From contig CAWKJD010000003.1 of assembly GCA_963849945.1 (NCBI GenBank), positions 162,811 to 226,810 on the forward strand: a stretch of DNA of 64,000 nt, given 5' to 3'. This document shows, piece after piece, positions 37,773-47,301 of this stretch (its first letter is position 1; each line of letters begins with the position of its first letter). This DNA is from an uncultured Bacteroidales bacterium (GTDB lineage Bacteria > Bacteroidota > Bacteroidia > Bacteroidales > VadinHA17). The notes under the pieces are model-generated. The model was not told the DNA's origin, ran no database searches, and saw nothing but the letters and a program-made list of their open reading frames with translations. The translations under genes were made by a program, and so were the position numbers.

Positions 37773-39023
37773 TCAGGTTATGTCTGCGCCTAGACCTTTC
37801 AATGCCTCAAAAAAATCCGGAAATGATTTGCTGACTGCTTCCGCACCGGTGATGCCCACCTCTCCCCTGCTGCCGAGAGCCATCACTGCCTCCATCATTA
37901 CTATCCGGTGATCATTGTGTGATGAGACACCGGTGCCTCTGACCTCACCACCCTCAATGAACATGCTGTCTCCCTCAACATACGCATTGATATGCAGCTC
38001 ATTGAGAACCTGAATGATAGCCTTCGCACGATCGCTCTCCTTATGCTCCAGCCTGCCTGCTCCTTTTATCCTGCTTATTCCGCGACAGTAAGCTGACAGG
38101 GCAGCCAGCGGTGGGAACAGATCCGGAGAATCAGTTGCATCAAAGGTGAATGCTTTCAGATCAGACCTCGCTGCCTTAACCTGATCGTCCTGTTTTGTTA
38201 CCCTCACTCCTGCCCTGAAGAAAGCATCAAGAACCATCCTGTCAGCCTGTGCACTGTCACATTTCAGGTTGCTGACCGTAACCTCACCTGCAATAGCCCC
38301 GGCGACGAGCAGAAAAGCTGCAGCGCTCCAATCCCCTTCCACCGTATATTCATGAGCTCTGTAATGCTGATTTCCCGGGATGTTAAAGCGCTTGAATTCA
38401 AGATTTTCTACTTTAATCCCGAAATCGGACAGAAGCTGTTGAGTGAGACTGATATAGGGTTTGCTCATAAGGTGATGAACTGTTATCGCGCTGTCAGATT
38501 TCAGCAAAGGAAGAGCCATTAACAGGCCTGTCAGAAGCTGCGATCCTGTCGAACCATCAATGGTTGCATTTCCTCCGCTGATCTTTCCATTTATTGTCAG
38601 CGGAAGAAAACCATTGTCAGTCGTGACCGTAACCCCAAGCTGTGAGAGAGCCTCGCCGATCATACCCACCGGCCGACGAGTAAGAGAACCTTCCCCGGTG
38701 ATGGTAGTCTGGGATCCAAGAGCTGCTGCAATCGGTGCAAACATACGCAAGGCCAGTCCCGACTCCCCGCAGTGAAGGGTAACGGGGGAGGCAGGTCTCA
38801 TCCCTGACTGTACAGTGACTAAATCATTGTCTGAAGTCACATGAGCACCCAACTTTTCTACCATCTTCATGACAGCCAGTGAGTCATTACAGAACGAAGG
38901 GTTCCTTATCACTGTAGTGCCGGATGCAAGCAGCCCTGCAGCTATAGCCCTTTGCGTAAGGCTTTTACTTGGCGGAGCAATGACTTTGCCACTAATTGAG
39001 GCCGGTCGGACAGTGATTTTCAT
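37773..39023 (-). CDS. aroA: 3-phosphoshikimate 1-carboxyvinyltransferase (EPSP synthase)
   Basis: 416-aa ORF; PPSKSLTQRA, LxxxGCxxxT-like N-domain, HNDHRIVMM near C-terminus. Confidence 0.92.
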   Translation of the reverse strand: MKITVRPASISGKVIAPPSKSLTQRAIAAGLLASGTTVIRNPSFCNDSLAVMKMVEKLGAHVTSDNDLVTVQSGMRPASPVTLHCGESGLALRMFAPIAAALGSQTTITGEGSLTRRPVGMIGEALSQLGVTVTTDNGFLPLTINGKISGGNATIDGSTGSQLLTGLLMALPLLKSDSAITVHHLMSKPYISLTQQLLSDFGIKVENLEFKRFNIPGNQHYRAHEYTVEGDWSAAAFLLVAGAIAGEVTVSNLKCDSAQADRMVLDAFFRAGVRVTKQDDQVKAARSDLKAFTFDATDSPDLFPPLAALSAYCRGISRIKGAGRLEHKESDRAKAIIQVLNELHINAYVEGDSMFIEGGEVRGTGVSSHNDHRIVMMEAVMALGSRGEVGITGAEAVSKSFPDFFEALKGLGADIT

Positions 39024-39070
39024 TTAGCTTTTATAAGCTCAAATCAAAAAATCTATATGAATATACTAAT

Positions 39071-40186
39071 TTATTCATCTTTCATCACTTTCATCTGTCT
39101 GATTATCGATTCCTGGTGGATGGCCTCAAGGATCGTATGAATGAACTCCGGAGTAAGGCCTCTCTTCGTTCCTCTTGTAACTGCGTTATTTACAACTTCT
39201 TTCCACCTCTCGCTCTGCAGAATAGTGATATTATGTTCTTTCTTGTACTTACCAATAGTTTCAGAGACAGCCATTCGGTTTTCCAGTATATCAAGCAGCA
39301 GTTCGTCGTAAATATCTATCTGCCTTCGGAGATCACCCATGGTGTCGAGAAATTCCCTGTCGCTGGAGGTCGATGCTCTCAGTACCAGCCTGCTCAGTAT
39401 TCCCACAAGATCAGCAGGCCTGAGTTGCTGTTGTTTGTCGCTGAGGGCATTGTCAGGATTGATGTGAGATTCGATCATAAGACCATCGTAATTCAGATCC
39501 ATCGCCTTTTGTGACAGGTCTTCGATATAGATTCTGTCGCCACCCATATGGCTCGGGTCACATATGAGAGGCAGGTCAGGTATGCGCTGGCGGAGCTCCA
39601 CGGGTATCTGCCATCTGGGATGATTGCGGAATGCACTCTTCTCCCATGAGGAGAATCCGCGGTGAATGGCTGCGATGCGTCCTATGCCTGCTTTGCTTAT
39701 CCGTTCTATGGCTCCGATCCACAGCTCCAGGTCAGGGTTAACAGGGTTCTTGACGAAGACCATCACATCGGCGCCCCTGAGCGCTGCTGCTATTTCCTGT
39801 ACAGCAAAAGGATTGACGGTAGTCCTGGCGCCGATCCAGACGGCGTCAATCCCATGCTTCAGGGCCTCATAGACATGTTTTTCAGTGGCAACCTCAACAG
39901 CCACGGGAAGACCATACTGTTCTCTGACCTGCCTGAGCCACCTCAGACCGATGGTTCCAATCCCCTCAAAAGTATCAGGTCGCGAGCGCGGTTTCCAAAT
40001 GCCTGCACGGAACAGATCCACCTTGCCTGAGGCAGCAAGCTCAGCAGCAGTGCCGAATACTTGCTCCTCACTCTCCGCACTGCAGGGGCCGGCAATCACA
40101 AGCGGCCTCTGCTTATATATCTTCCATTCCCTGATAGGTGATATTGCCATTCCGGGCTCTTTCGTCACGATATTTTCCGTCTTCAT
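39071..40186 (-). CDS. bifunctional 3-deoxy-7-phosphoheptulonate (DAHP) synthase / chorismate mutase
   Basis: 371-aa ORF; class I-beta DAHP synthase core (LVIAGPCSAESEEQ, ICDPSH) followed by a C-terminal type II chorismate mutase helix bundle (LLDILENRMAVSETIGKYK). Confidence 0.88.
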   Translation of the reverse strand: MKTENIVTKEPGMAISPIREWKIYKQRPLVIAGPCSAESEEQVFGTAAELAASGKVDLFRAGIWKPRSRPDTFEGIGTIGLRWLRQVREQYGLPVAVEVATEKHVYEALKHGIDAVWIGARTTVNPFAVQEIAAALRGADVMVFVKNPVNPDLELWIGAIERISKAGIGRIAAIHRGFSSWEKSAFRNHPRWQIPVELRQRIPDLPLICDPSHMGGDRIYIEDLSQKAMDLNYDGLMIESHINPDNALSDKQQQLRPADLVGILSRLVLRASTSSDREFLDTMGDLRRQIDIYDELLLDILENRMAVSETIGKYKKEHNITILQSERWKEVVNNAVTRGTKRGLTPEFIHTILEAIHQESIIRQMKVMKDE

Positions 40187-40202
40187 GTTTTCAGTTTTTA
40201 TT

Positions 40203-41054
40203 TTATTTCAGGATCGCTCCTATCTCGTTTGCTGATCTCATAAGCGCCCTCAATGCCGCACTGTCACCGTCTTTTATGTAGCTCTTAAAGAGGTTCATCT
40301 TTTCAATATAGGTATCGATGACCTCCAGTATCGGGCCTGAGTTGCCGATGAAAATCGGAGCCCATGTCTCGCCGTTGCTCTTTGACAGACGCACCGTGCT
40401 TTCAAATCCGCCGGCGGCAAGGGACATGATATTTTTTGCGTCCTTTTCCTTGTCAAGCACGCACAGGGCAAGAGCGAATGACGTAATGTGGGATATATGA
40501 GATACGTATGCCACGTGTACGTCATGTTCCGTTGAGTTCATATACTGGATCCGCATATTCAGCGACTGCAGCAGGGCAATAAAAAGCTCCAGCGCATCTT
40601 CATCGCTGCGTTCCGGATCACATATAATTGCTAATTTATCATAGTAGAGCCTGTCAATGGCGGCTGCCGGTCCGGAGTGCTCCGTCCCGGCCATCGGATG
40701 GGCAGACACGTACCTTCCGCGGGCGGGGTGGACAGCAGAAACGGCAGCAATGTCGGCTTTGGTTGATCCCATGTCCGCGACAACCTTTCCTGTACCGCTG
40801 ATCTTATCAAGTATACCAGGGAGCAGCTGGCAGTTGGCATCAACCGGTGCACAAAGAATTATGATTTCAGATCTCTCAACAGCCTCATCAAGGGAAAGGA
40901 ATTCGTCTGCCAGACCGCGATACATTGCTATAGTACGGTGATGAGGATTGTTATCCACACCATATATTTTACCGCCGAAGCCGTTCGTCTTTAGTCCGCG
41001 TGCCAGGGATCCGCCGATCAGACCTAAACCTACAATACAGATATTCAAAGCCAT
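40203..41054 (-). CDS. tyrA: prephenate dehydrogenase
   Basis: 283-aa ORF; ICIVGLGLIGGSLARGL Rossmann motif, SAHPMAG catalytic region. Confidence 0.88.
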   Translation of the reverse strand: MALNICIVGLGLIGGSLARGLKTNGFGGKIYGVDNNPHHRTIAMYRGLADEFLSLDEAVERSEIIILCAPVDANCQLLPGILDKISGTGKVVADMGSTKADIAAVSAVHPARGRYVSAHPMAGTEHSGPAAAIDRLYYDKLAIICDPERSDEDALELFIALLQSLNMRIQYMNSTEHDVHVAYVSHISHITSFALALCVLDKEKDAKNIMSLAAGGFESTVRLSKSNGETWAPIFIGNSGPILEVIDTYIEKMNLFKSYIKDGDSAALRALMRSANEIGAILK

Positions 41055-41069
41055 ATGTTAGTAAATAAG

Positions 41070-42254
41070 TTAGATATTAATTGTCTTAAGTGGAATTTTC
41101 ACCCGGTCGAGCGCTGCTTTCAGAACATCTTCGGGTGCACAAAGGGATATCCTGATGTATCTGTTTCCGTTGCTTCCGAAAATGAGACCGGGTGTAATAA
41201 AAACGTGCCTGTCATACAGCAATGCATCTGTCATTTCTGCCGCGTCAGTGTAATATTCAGGTATCCTGCCCCAGAGAAAAAGGCCAGCCTGATCCCTTGC
41301 AAAAGTACAGGAAAGGGCATCCATGATCTCTCCTGCAATAACACGCCGTCTGAGATATACTTCATTAAGCTGCCGGTACCATTCCGGGGGCGCCTCAAGA
41401 GCCGCTGCCGCTGCCGCCTGCAATGGCTGAAACATGCCTGAGTCCATATTACTCTTAACCTTCATGATGGCGCTTATATAGGCGGCATCACCGCCAACCA
41501 TTCCAATCCTCCACCCTGCCATGTTATGAGATTTGCTCAGGGAATTAAGCTCGAGAGCGACATCTTTAGAGTCATCAACAGAGAGAATGCTCAATGGATT
41601 GTCATTAAGGATAAAGCTGTAAGGGTTGTCATTGATCAGCAGAAAGCTGTGCCGGCGCACAAAAGCGATAAGGTTCCTGAAGATTTCCACTGACGCTTTG
41701 CGACCGGTGGGCATATTAGGATAATTGATCCACATAATCTTCACATGGCTGAGGTCTTCAGTATCCAGGATACCCGTATCAGGTAACCAGCCGTTCTCTT
41801 CAGTCAGGTCATAGTACCTTACCTTGCCTCCTGCAAGTTTTGTTGCTGCTTCGTATGCCGGGTATCCGGGATTGGGGATTAGTACCTCATCACCCGGATC
41901 AAGGAAAGCCATACTTATATGCATGATGCCTTCCTTTGACCCTATCAGGGGAAGAATTTCAGAAGCGGGGTCGAGATCAGCATGAAAGTAAGTCTTATAC
42001 CATCCGGCCAGTGCGTTGCGCAGGGCTGGTATGCCATTATAACTCTGGTAACCGTGATTGGAAGGGTTGGATGCATTTCTGTACAAAGTATCAATAACTG
42101 CAGCTGACGGAGGAAGGTCAGGACTACCTATGCCGAGGTTGATGACATCAAGTCCTTTCCGCCTCATGTCAGCTATCTCTTTCAGTTTCCCTGAGAAGTA
42201 GTACTCCTGCACGAGGCTTAAACGGGATGCGGGATTTATTTTTGAGCTGCTCAT
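41070..42254 (-). CDS. class I/II PLP-dependent aminotransferase (first gene of the aromatic amino-acid operon)
   Basis: 394-aa ORF; SLSKSHNMAGWRIG pyridoxal-Lys motif; operon context with tyrA, DAHPS/CM and aroA. Confidence 0.85.
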   Translation of the reverse strand: MSSSKINPASRLSLVQEYYFSGKLKEIADMRRKGLDVINLGIGSPDLPPSAAVIDTLYRNASNPSNHGYQSYNGIPALRNALAGWYKTYFHADLDPASEILPLIGSKEGIMHISMAFLDPGDEVLIPNPGYPAYEAATKLAGGKVRYYDLTEENGWLPDTGILDTEDLSHVKIMWINYPNMPTGRKASVEIFRNLIAFVRRHSFLLINDNPYSFILNDNPLSILSVDDSKDVALELNSLSKSHNMAGWRIGMVGGDAAYISAIMKVKSNMDSGMFQPLQAAAAAALEAPPEWYRQLNEVYLRRRVIAGEIMDALSCTFARDQAGLFLWGRIPEYYTDAAEMTDALLYDRHVFITPGLIFGSNGNRYIRISLCAPEDVLKAALDRVKIPLKTINI

Positions 42255-42286
42255 TGTGCGGTTTCTATCCGGTTCGTTATTTTGAT

Positions 42287-42318
42287 AAAAAAAAGTCCCG
42301 TTCTCGCGGGACTTCTTA
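42287..42318 (-). terminator. intrinsic terminator inside the 5' leader of the aromatic operon (attenuator terminator)
   Basis: Minus strand AAGTCCCG-CGAGAA-CGGGACTT followed by T8; located 33 nt upstream of the aminotransferase ATG. Confidence 0.75.
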
Positions 42319-42354
42319 AATTATATTTCTCTTTACCTTTATGATGACATATAA

Positions 42355-42426
42355 CTAATCCATCCCATTTCTTACCTGGTAATAGAAATAGTAATAATAA
42401 AAGTCATATGGTGCAGATGTTCTCAT
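42355..42426 (-). CDS. Tyr/Phe-rich leader peptide (23 aa) of a candidate attenuator
   Basis: Minus-strand ORF ATG..TAG: MRTSAPYDFYYYYFYYQVRNGMD (7 Tyr plus 2 Phe within 10 consecutive codons); below the ORF-track cutoff. Confidence 0.7.
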   Translation of the reverse strand: MRTSAPYDFYYYYFYYQVRNGMD

Positions 42427-42535
42427 GATAACGGTGGTAAAAGTATTAAAAAAACAATCAGAATCGCATTTTACTGTTAAAAATTCTTCTAGATCTTTGT
42501 AATATGCTGATATTTATAAATTAAAGTATTGGAAA

Positions 42536-43009
42536 ATGGCACAGGAGATTGAAAGGAAGTTTCTGATCGCCGGTGATTTCAGGGGTGAGGCGAGTGAAGA
42601 AACGCAAGTTGTTCAGGGTTACCTTTCTTCAGCTGCGGAACACACTGTGAGGGTAAGGATCAGCGGTAGACGCGGATATATAACTGTCAAAGGGGCATCA
42701 GACCCGGCAGGGATTGAAAGGTTTGAATGGGAAAAGGAAATACCTGTTACAGAAGCGCGCGATCTGCTTAAACTATGTTACCCCGGCATCATTGAAAAGA
42801 CGCGATACAAAATAAAATGCGGAAGTCACTTCTTTGAGGTTGATGAATTTCACGGTGAAAATGAAGGGCTGATAATTGCGGAGGTTGAGCTTTCATCACC
42901 TGATGAGTTTTTTGAGAGACCGTCATGGCTTGGTAAGGAAGTGACAGGCGATCAGCGTTATTATAATTCCTATCTTTCCAGAAATCCATACTCCGGCTGG
43001 AGATGCTAA
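42536..43009 (+). CDS. CYTH-domain protein (triphosphate tunnel metalloenzyme)
   Basis: 157-aa ORF beginning MAQEIERKFLI (ExExK signature), typical CYTH length. Confidence 0.85.
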   Translation: MAQEIERKFLIAGDFRGEASEETQVVQGYLSSAAEHTVRVRISGRRGYITVKGASDPAGIERFEWEKEIPVTEARDLLKLCYPGIIEKTRYKIKCGSHFFEVDEFHGENEGLIIAEVELSSPDEFFERPSWLGKEVTGDQRYYNSYLSRNPYSGWRC

Positions 43010-43536
43010 AAAGTAAACGTATTGTAATATTTCGCTATGCCATAGCCTTCCTTTTGGCGGTCGCTGCCATTGCCATAGCATCGCTGACCGTCGGGCGTGA
43101 CATATATTACGGATCGCGTGATCAGGGACTATTGTCTTTTGCCATCGTCAATGCCGCCGGGTACCTTTTCTTTCTTTTCATGCCTGTAGAGATCGCTTTT
43201 GTCTATTACCTGCAGGGAGATATTAATATCATAGCATTGAATGCCGTAGCACTGGGGACAGCGCTTTTCTCCCAGACAATTGATTATGCTATTGGAGTGA
43301 TGCTGAGTGACAGGATTATTGATTCTCTGATCGGCCGGCACCGCTATGAGAAGGCAGAGGATGAGATAAGGAAGTATGGCAATATCGCCATTTTCGTGTT
43401 CAATGCATTACCTCTGTCCTCTCCTGTTATCTCGCTGGCAGCAGGAATGCTCCGTCACCGCAAGAGGGATGCAGTCATCTTTACAGTTTCAGGACTGGTC
43501 ATCAAGTACCTGCTGATAAGTGTCATTTTCGGCTGA
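43003..43536 (+). CDS. small integral membrane protein (DedA/YqaA-like, tentative)
   Basis: 177-aa ORF with 4-5 TM segments; 7-nt overlap with the CYTH gene. Confidence 0.45.
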   Translation: MLKSKRIVIFRYAIAFLLAVAAIAIASLTVGRDIYYGSRDQGLLSFAIVNAAGYLFFLFMPVEIAFVYYLQGDINIIALNAVALGTALFSQTIDYAIGVMLSDRIIDSLIGRHRYEKAEDEIRKYGNIAIFVFNALPLSSPVISLAAGMLRHRKRDAVIFTVSGLVIKYLLISVIFG

Positions 43537-43544
43537 GACAGCTT

Positions 43545-44459
43545 TCAGAAAGAATATTTCACACCAGTCAGGTTTTCCGAAACATCCCAGAGTTTTGCAG
43601 ACAAATCCTTATTGAAAAGCTTTTCACCTTCACTTGTTTGAACAGGGTTTCCTTTGCGGTTACCGGGACCATCCGGGCCAATATATTCACCACCCCTGAG
43701 GTCAGTAAAAGTAGCGGCATAGAGCGTCGGAAGGGCACCTTTGGCAGCAGGCTGTGCTACTATCCTCATGGCTTTCTTTATTAATATGCTGGCTTCTTTT
43801 CCCGTTCCCCTTGACACCAGGTTGGAGACACTGATGCCGGGGTGGCAAACAACACTTATAGTTGATGCACCTGCGCGTTCAAGTCGATGTTGCAGCTCAA
43901 TGCCAAAAAGCAGGCAGGCCAGCTTGCTCTGCCTGTAAAATCTCATGCGCTCATAACCCTTCGAACCATCGAGATTGTCAAACCGGATCTTTGCTTTTCT
44001 TGCTGCGATGCTGCTGGTGGTAACAACGCGCGACAACGGGGTGGCCAGAAGCACCGGCAGAAGAAGGCCGGTGAGGGCAAAATGACCGAGATAATTCGTT
44101 CCGAGCTGACTTTCAAAACCGTCGTTGGTCTTACGATACGGAGGGACCATGATGCCTGCATTATTAATAAGGATATCCAGCCTGTCATATTTGTCCCTGA
44201 AATGCCATGCAAAGTGATTCACAGCTGCCAGGTCATCGAGTTTAAGGAGCATCACTGTAAGGATGGCTTCCGGGTACAACGTTTTGATTTTCTCAGCCTC
44301 CCTCTCTCCTTTTTTAATATTCCTGACGGCCATCACTATCTCGGCTCCCTTTGATGCAAGCACCTTTGCCGCCTCAAATCCTATACCGCTTGATGCACCA
44401 GTTATAATAACTTTTTTGCCTTCAAGATTGCCTATTTGATCTTTGCTCCAGGGATTCAT
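43545..44459 (-). CDS. SDR-family oxidoreductase
   Basis: ORF 43545..44531, likely start MNPWSKDQ at 44459; VIITGASSGIG, NNAGI, YRQSKLA motifs. Confidence 0.85.
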   Translation of the reverse strand: MNPWSKDQIGNLEGKKVIITGASSGIGFEAAKVLASKGAEIVMAVRNIKKGEREAEKIKTLYPEAILTVMLLKLDDLAAVNHFAWHFRDKYDRLDILINNAGIMVPPYRKTNDGFESQLGTNYLGHFALTGLLLPVLLATPLSRVVTTSSIAARKAKIRFDNLDGSKGYERMRFYRQSKLACLLFGIELQHRLERAGASTISVVCHPGISVSNLVSRGTGKEASILIKKAMRIVAQPAAKGALPTLYAATFTDLRGGEYIGPDGPGNRKGNPVQTSEGEKLFNKDLSAKLWDVSENLTGVKYSF

Positions 44460-44550
44460 AATTTTATCTTGCCTGTATTTAGATTTTAATATTGCAGGGC
44501 TCAAAAGTATACAATAGAAGGGAAATGACAAACCGGAGCGAAATGAAAGC

Positions 44551-45237
44551 CTATAGACTTATGCCATACTTCAGGCAAATGATATGATTGTTAGGTGGTT
44601 TTGATACTTTGCTCGTTTCATAAATATATTCAAGGCCGAAGGTGTGTATCTTTTTAACTGTATATTCCGCACCGGCAGTATATCGCCATTTATCTATCAT
44701 AAAACCGCCTGATGAAAAGAGCGCGCTAAACATTTCAGCGTTTGCGAAAGGTGTCAGTGGAATTCCCTTAATATCATAATCGAGCTCCAACTGCAGCCGG
44801 TGAGACCATCGAGGTATTTCGTCCCCCGGGTCCTTGATATAGGTTTTGAAGAGCTGCTGAAAGCGATATCTGGCAGACAGGGTAAACCGGTTTACCGGCA
44901 GGCTGCCCTTGACCTGGACGAACCACCGGTGTCTTGGGTGGAATTCGTAAATGCCTTCAGACTTGTCAATTGTTTCATCCTGTTCGATAAAACGATAATA
45001 AATCCCCGCAGCGAAATAATCATTGAATTTGTATCTCAGACCCGGTTCAAGATAGAAGGTCTTGATATTCGAGGCATTCTTGTCAGTCCGGATGCTTGTT
45101 TCGAGATCGAAACGCAATCCTTTAACTATTTTATAATCACCACTGACCTCATACCATATGCCGAAATCCGTATCCTGCGCCTTAATCGCCATGGTACCGG
45201 AAAGCAGGAAAAAAGAGACTAATAAAAACTTATTCAT
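44551..45237 (-). CDS. DUF2490-like outer-membrane protein
   Basis: ORF 44551..45309, likely start MNKFLLVSFFLLSGTMAIKAQ (signal peptide) at 45237; beta-strand-rich; ATGAATAA overlap with the upstream DUF4956 gene. Confidence 0.6.
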   Translation of the reverse strand: MNKFLLVSFFLLSGTMAIKAQDTDFGIWYEVSGDYKIVKGLRFDLETSIRTDKNASNIKTFYLEPGLRYKFNDYFAAGIYYRFIEQDETIDKSEGIYEFHPRHRWFVQVKGSLPVNRFTLSARYRFQQLFKTYIKDPGDEIPRWSHRLQLELDYDIKGIPLTPFANAEMFSALFSSGGFMIDKWRYTAGAEYTVKKIHTFGLEYIYETSKVSKPPNNHIICLKYGISL

Positions 45238-45931
45238 CGTCGTCATCTCCATAGTTGTCAGTCTGATCAACCTGGTTCCTGTTCGCGCCGTTGACCTCAA
45301 AATAGACAACTATTTTGCATGTGTCCCTAAGGAAATTGATCTCTCCTATCTCAACTTTCTGTATGTTTTTCAAACCCGTCCTTGCAGTCAGGTCGGCAAT
45401 AAGCAGATCATAATTCTCGGGCCTGATAAGGTCGATTTTTTCATATGTGATTCTTTTTGCTGCCACGCTTTTTAAAAGCCACACCTTTTCAAGTCCGTAG
45501 GTGATCAGGACAATGACTACATCCGTGAAAAGGACTTCAGCGATGCTGGTTTTTTGATTTGCCAGGGCATTTATCACTGACACACCGATGATCAGAAAGA
45601 GATATGTCATCTCCTTAGGCGGTATGGAGTGAGTCCGGTAACGGATTATACCGAAGATTGCAAACAGTCCGAGTGCAAAGCCTATCTGCAGCTTCACGCT
45701 CTCAAGAAGGAAGCATAACAGAAATACAATGCATGAAATGAGAATATATGTAAAAAGGTAATCCTTTCTTTTTGAGACGGAATAATAAAGCCATCTGACA
45801 AGCAGGAAAATAACTCCCAGGTTCAGAGAGAAACGTATAACGAGCTCAAGAAAACCTGCCGAATTAAATATTTCCATTCCTGCGAATTCAAAAGTGCCGT
45901 CAGGCAACATCATGTTTAGTAGATTCATCAT
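45230..45931 (-). CDS. DUF4956-domain membrane protein
   Basis: 233-aa ORF; 4 TM N-terminal half plus soluble C-terminal domain; usual partner of bacterial VTC-domain proteins. Confidence 0.65.
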   Translation of the reverse strand: MMNLLNMMLPDGTFEFAGMEIFNSAGFLELVIRFSLNLGVIFLLVRWLYYSVSKRKDYLFTYILISCIVFLLCFLLESVKLQIGFALGLFAIFGIIRYRTHSIPPKEMTYLFLIIGVSVINALANQKTSIAEVLFTDVVIVLITYGLEKVWLLKSVAAKRITYEKIDLIRPENYDLLIADLTARTGLKNIQKVEIGEINFLRDTCKIVVYFEVNGANRNQVDQTDNYGDDDDE

Positions 45932-46676
45932 TGATTTTATTTAGCTGTAAAATTACAGGTTTTACATTGTTCTTGCGTTTAACCCCGTTTAGCATTGCGG
46001 CTCCAAGGCAATATTTGCTGAAACCTGTCTGACGGATCCCCATTTTTTTAAGTGTGGAATTCAGGGCTGAATTGCCTGATGCCTTTTCCCTCTTTATTTC
46101 TGCTACTGCAATGTATGGAAGATCAATTCTCATTCCATTATTGTCAGTATAGGCTATATTAAAGTCTATTGTCACACGTTCAGGCAAACTTTTACTTATG
46201 AGTGTGATCCTTGTGAACAGGCTTGTCAATACAGGATGGAGCTCCTGAGAAGCTTCCGGGATTCTCTCTGCGAGAAATTTCTGCGACCTGGCGTCATCCG
46301 GCGGCCTGAAATTATCACTTTTAATCCTGCTCTTTACAGTCCTGTCTTTATTCGTTTTATGTTTGACCTCGAGGTAAGTGAGGTTATTTGTCTCGTATGT
46401 TCTCAGCCTGACTTTATCGCGCTCCATTTTACCGGTCTGGTGCTGATTGTAGAATTTGTATTCAGCAGTATCAAAATAGACAGTGCTGTATTTGAATTCC
46501 CTCTGGTTGTTAATTTCAAGAACCTTATAGTCACCGGCAAGATTCAGTAAAACCTGTCCAAGCCTGTTCACAGGGAAAAGATACTTTGAATCGACCCTGT
46601 TCATAAAGCTCACAGAATCAATCTCATCAAGGGAGACAGCCTGAAATTCCTGCAGTATTTTGGATTGAGTGGTCAC
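45900..46676 (-). CDS. VTC-domain (polyphosphate polymerase-like, triphosphate tunnel fold) protein
   Basis: 258-aa ORF; N-terminal FMNRVDSKYLF and YSTVYFDT, EVKHKTNKDRTVKSR motifs typical of PF09359-type VTC domains. Confidence 0.7.
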   Translation of the reverse strand: MTTQSKILQEFQAVSLDEIDSVSFMNRVDSKYLFPVNRLGQVLLNLAGDYKVLEINNQREFKYSTVYFDTAEYKFYNQHQTGKMERDKVRLRTYETNNLTYLEVKHKTNKDRTVKSRIKSDNFRPPDDARSQKFLAERIPEASQELHPVLTSLFTRITLISKSLPERVTIDFNIAYTDNNGMRIDLPYIAVAEIKREKASGNSALNSTLKKMGIRQTGFSKYCLGAAMLNGVKRKNNVKPVILQLNKINDESTKHDVA

Positions 46677-46677
46677 T

Positions 46678-47103
46678 CTACTGAAAATAGGTATACTGGT
46701 ATGTTTTTTTCAGCAGAAGCCGTTTCTGACTGTCGTATACAGTCTTTTCCACCCTCTGGCCGTTCTGAATTTTGTATTCAGAGATTTTGTCGACCGCTCC
46801 CTTCTTATCGTATTCAGTCTCCTTTATTTTATTGTTGTTTGCATCATACTCATATTTAAAATGAGTGTCAACTTCGCCACCCTTGTACAGAATTTGTTCA
46901 ATTATATTTCCGCTGATATCGTATGTCGTCTCCGATTCTTTCTTTGTTGTTACAGTCTTGCCATCATGCTTTTCTTCTGTGACAGTCAGTTTTTTGATCT
47001 TTTGATCCTTACTCTTTTCCTGAGAGTAGCTATTGGAGGTGCACAATGAAAACAACAATGCCAGAAACAGGGATGCCAGTTCATATTTTCTGATAGTTAT
47101 CAT
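46678..47103 (-). CDS. hypothetical lipoprotein
   Basis: 141-aa ORF; signal/lipobox-like LLFSLC; Lys/Glu/Thr-rich repetitive body; 1-nt gap from the VTC gene. Confidence 0.5.
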   Translation of the reverse strand: MITIRKYELASLFLALLFSLCTSNSYSQEKSKDQKIKKLTVTEEKHDGKTVTTKKESETTYDISGNIIEQILYKGGEVDTHFKYEYDANNNKIKETEYDKKGAVDKISEYKIQNGQRVEKTVYDSQKRLLLKKTYQYTYFQ

Positions 47104-47251
47104 AGCTTGAATTTTAAGTTATTTCTGATCATTTAAATATTTCGAAGTACAATACTTTAAAAATCATGCATAGATAGTGAATAAACGCGGCTTATCATCG
47201 GTATATTTTGCCTGATTGCAGGAAGCAGTCAGCTTTTCCCCGGAAACATGT

Positions 47252-47278
47252 AAAAAAAGTCCCGGCACAGCCGGGACG
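47252..47278 (-). terminator. rho-independent terminator
   Basis: Minus strand GTCCCGGC-TGT-GCCGGGAC followed by T7. Confidence 0.75.
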
Positions 47279-47301
47279 TATCATTTCAGCTGTCAGTGAA
47301 A

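Noticed and set aside
46669-47049. 126-aa plus-strand hydrophobic ORF
   Set aside because: It is antisense to the lipoprotein gene 46678..47103, which has a proper signal peptide. Its Phe/Leu richness reflects antisense Lys/Glu codons.
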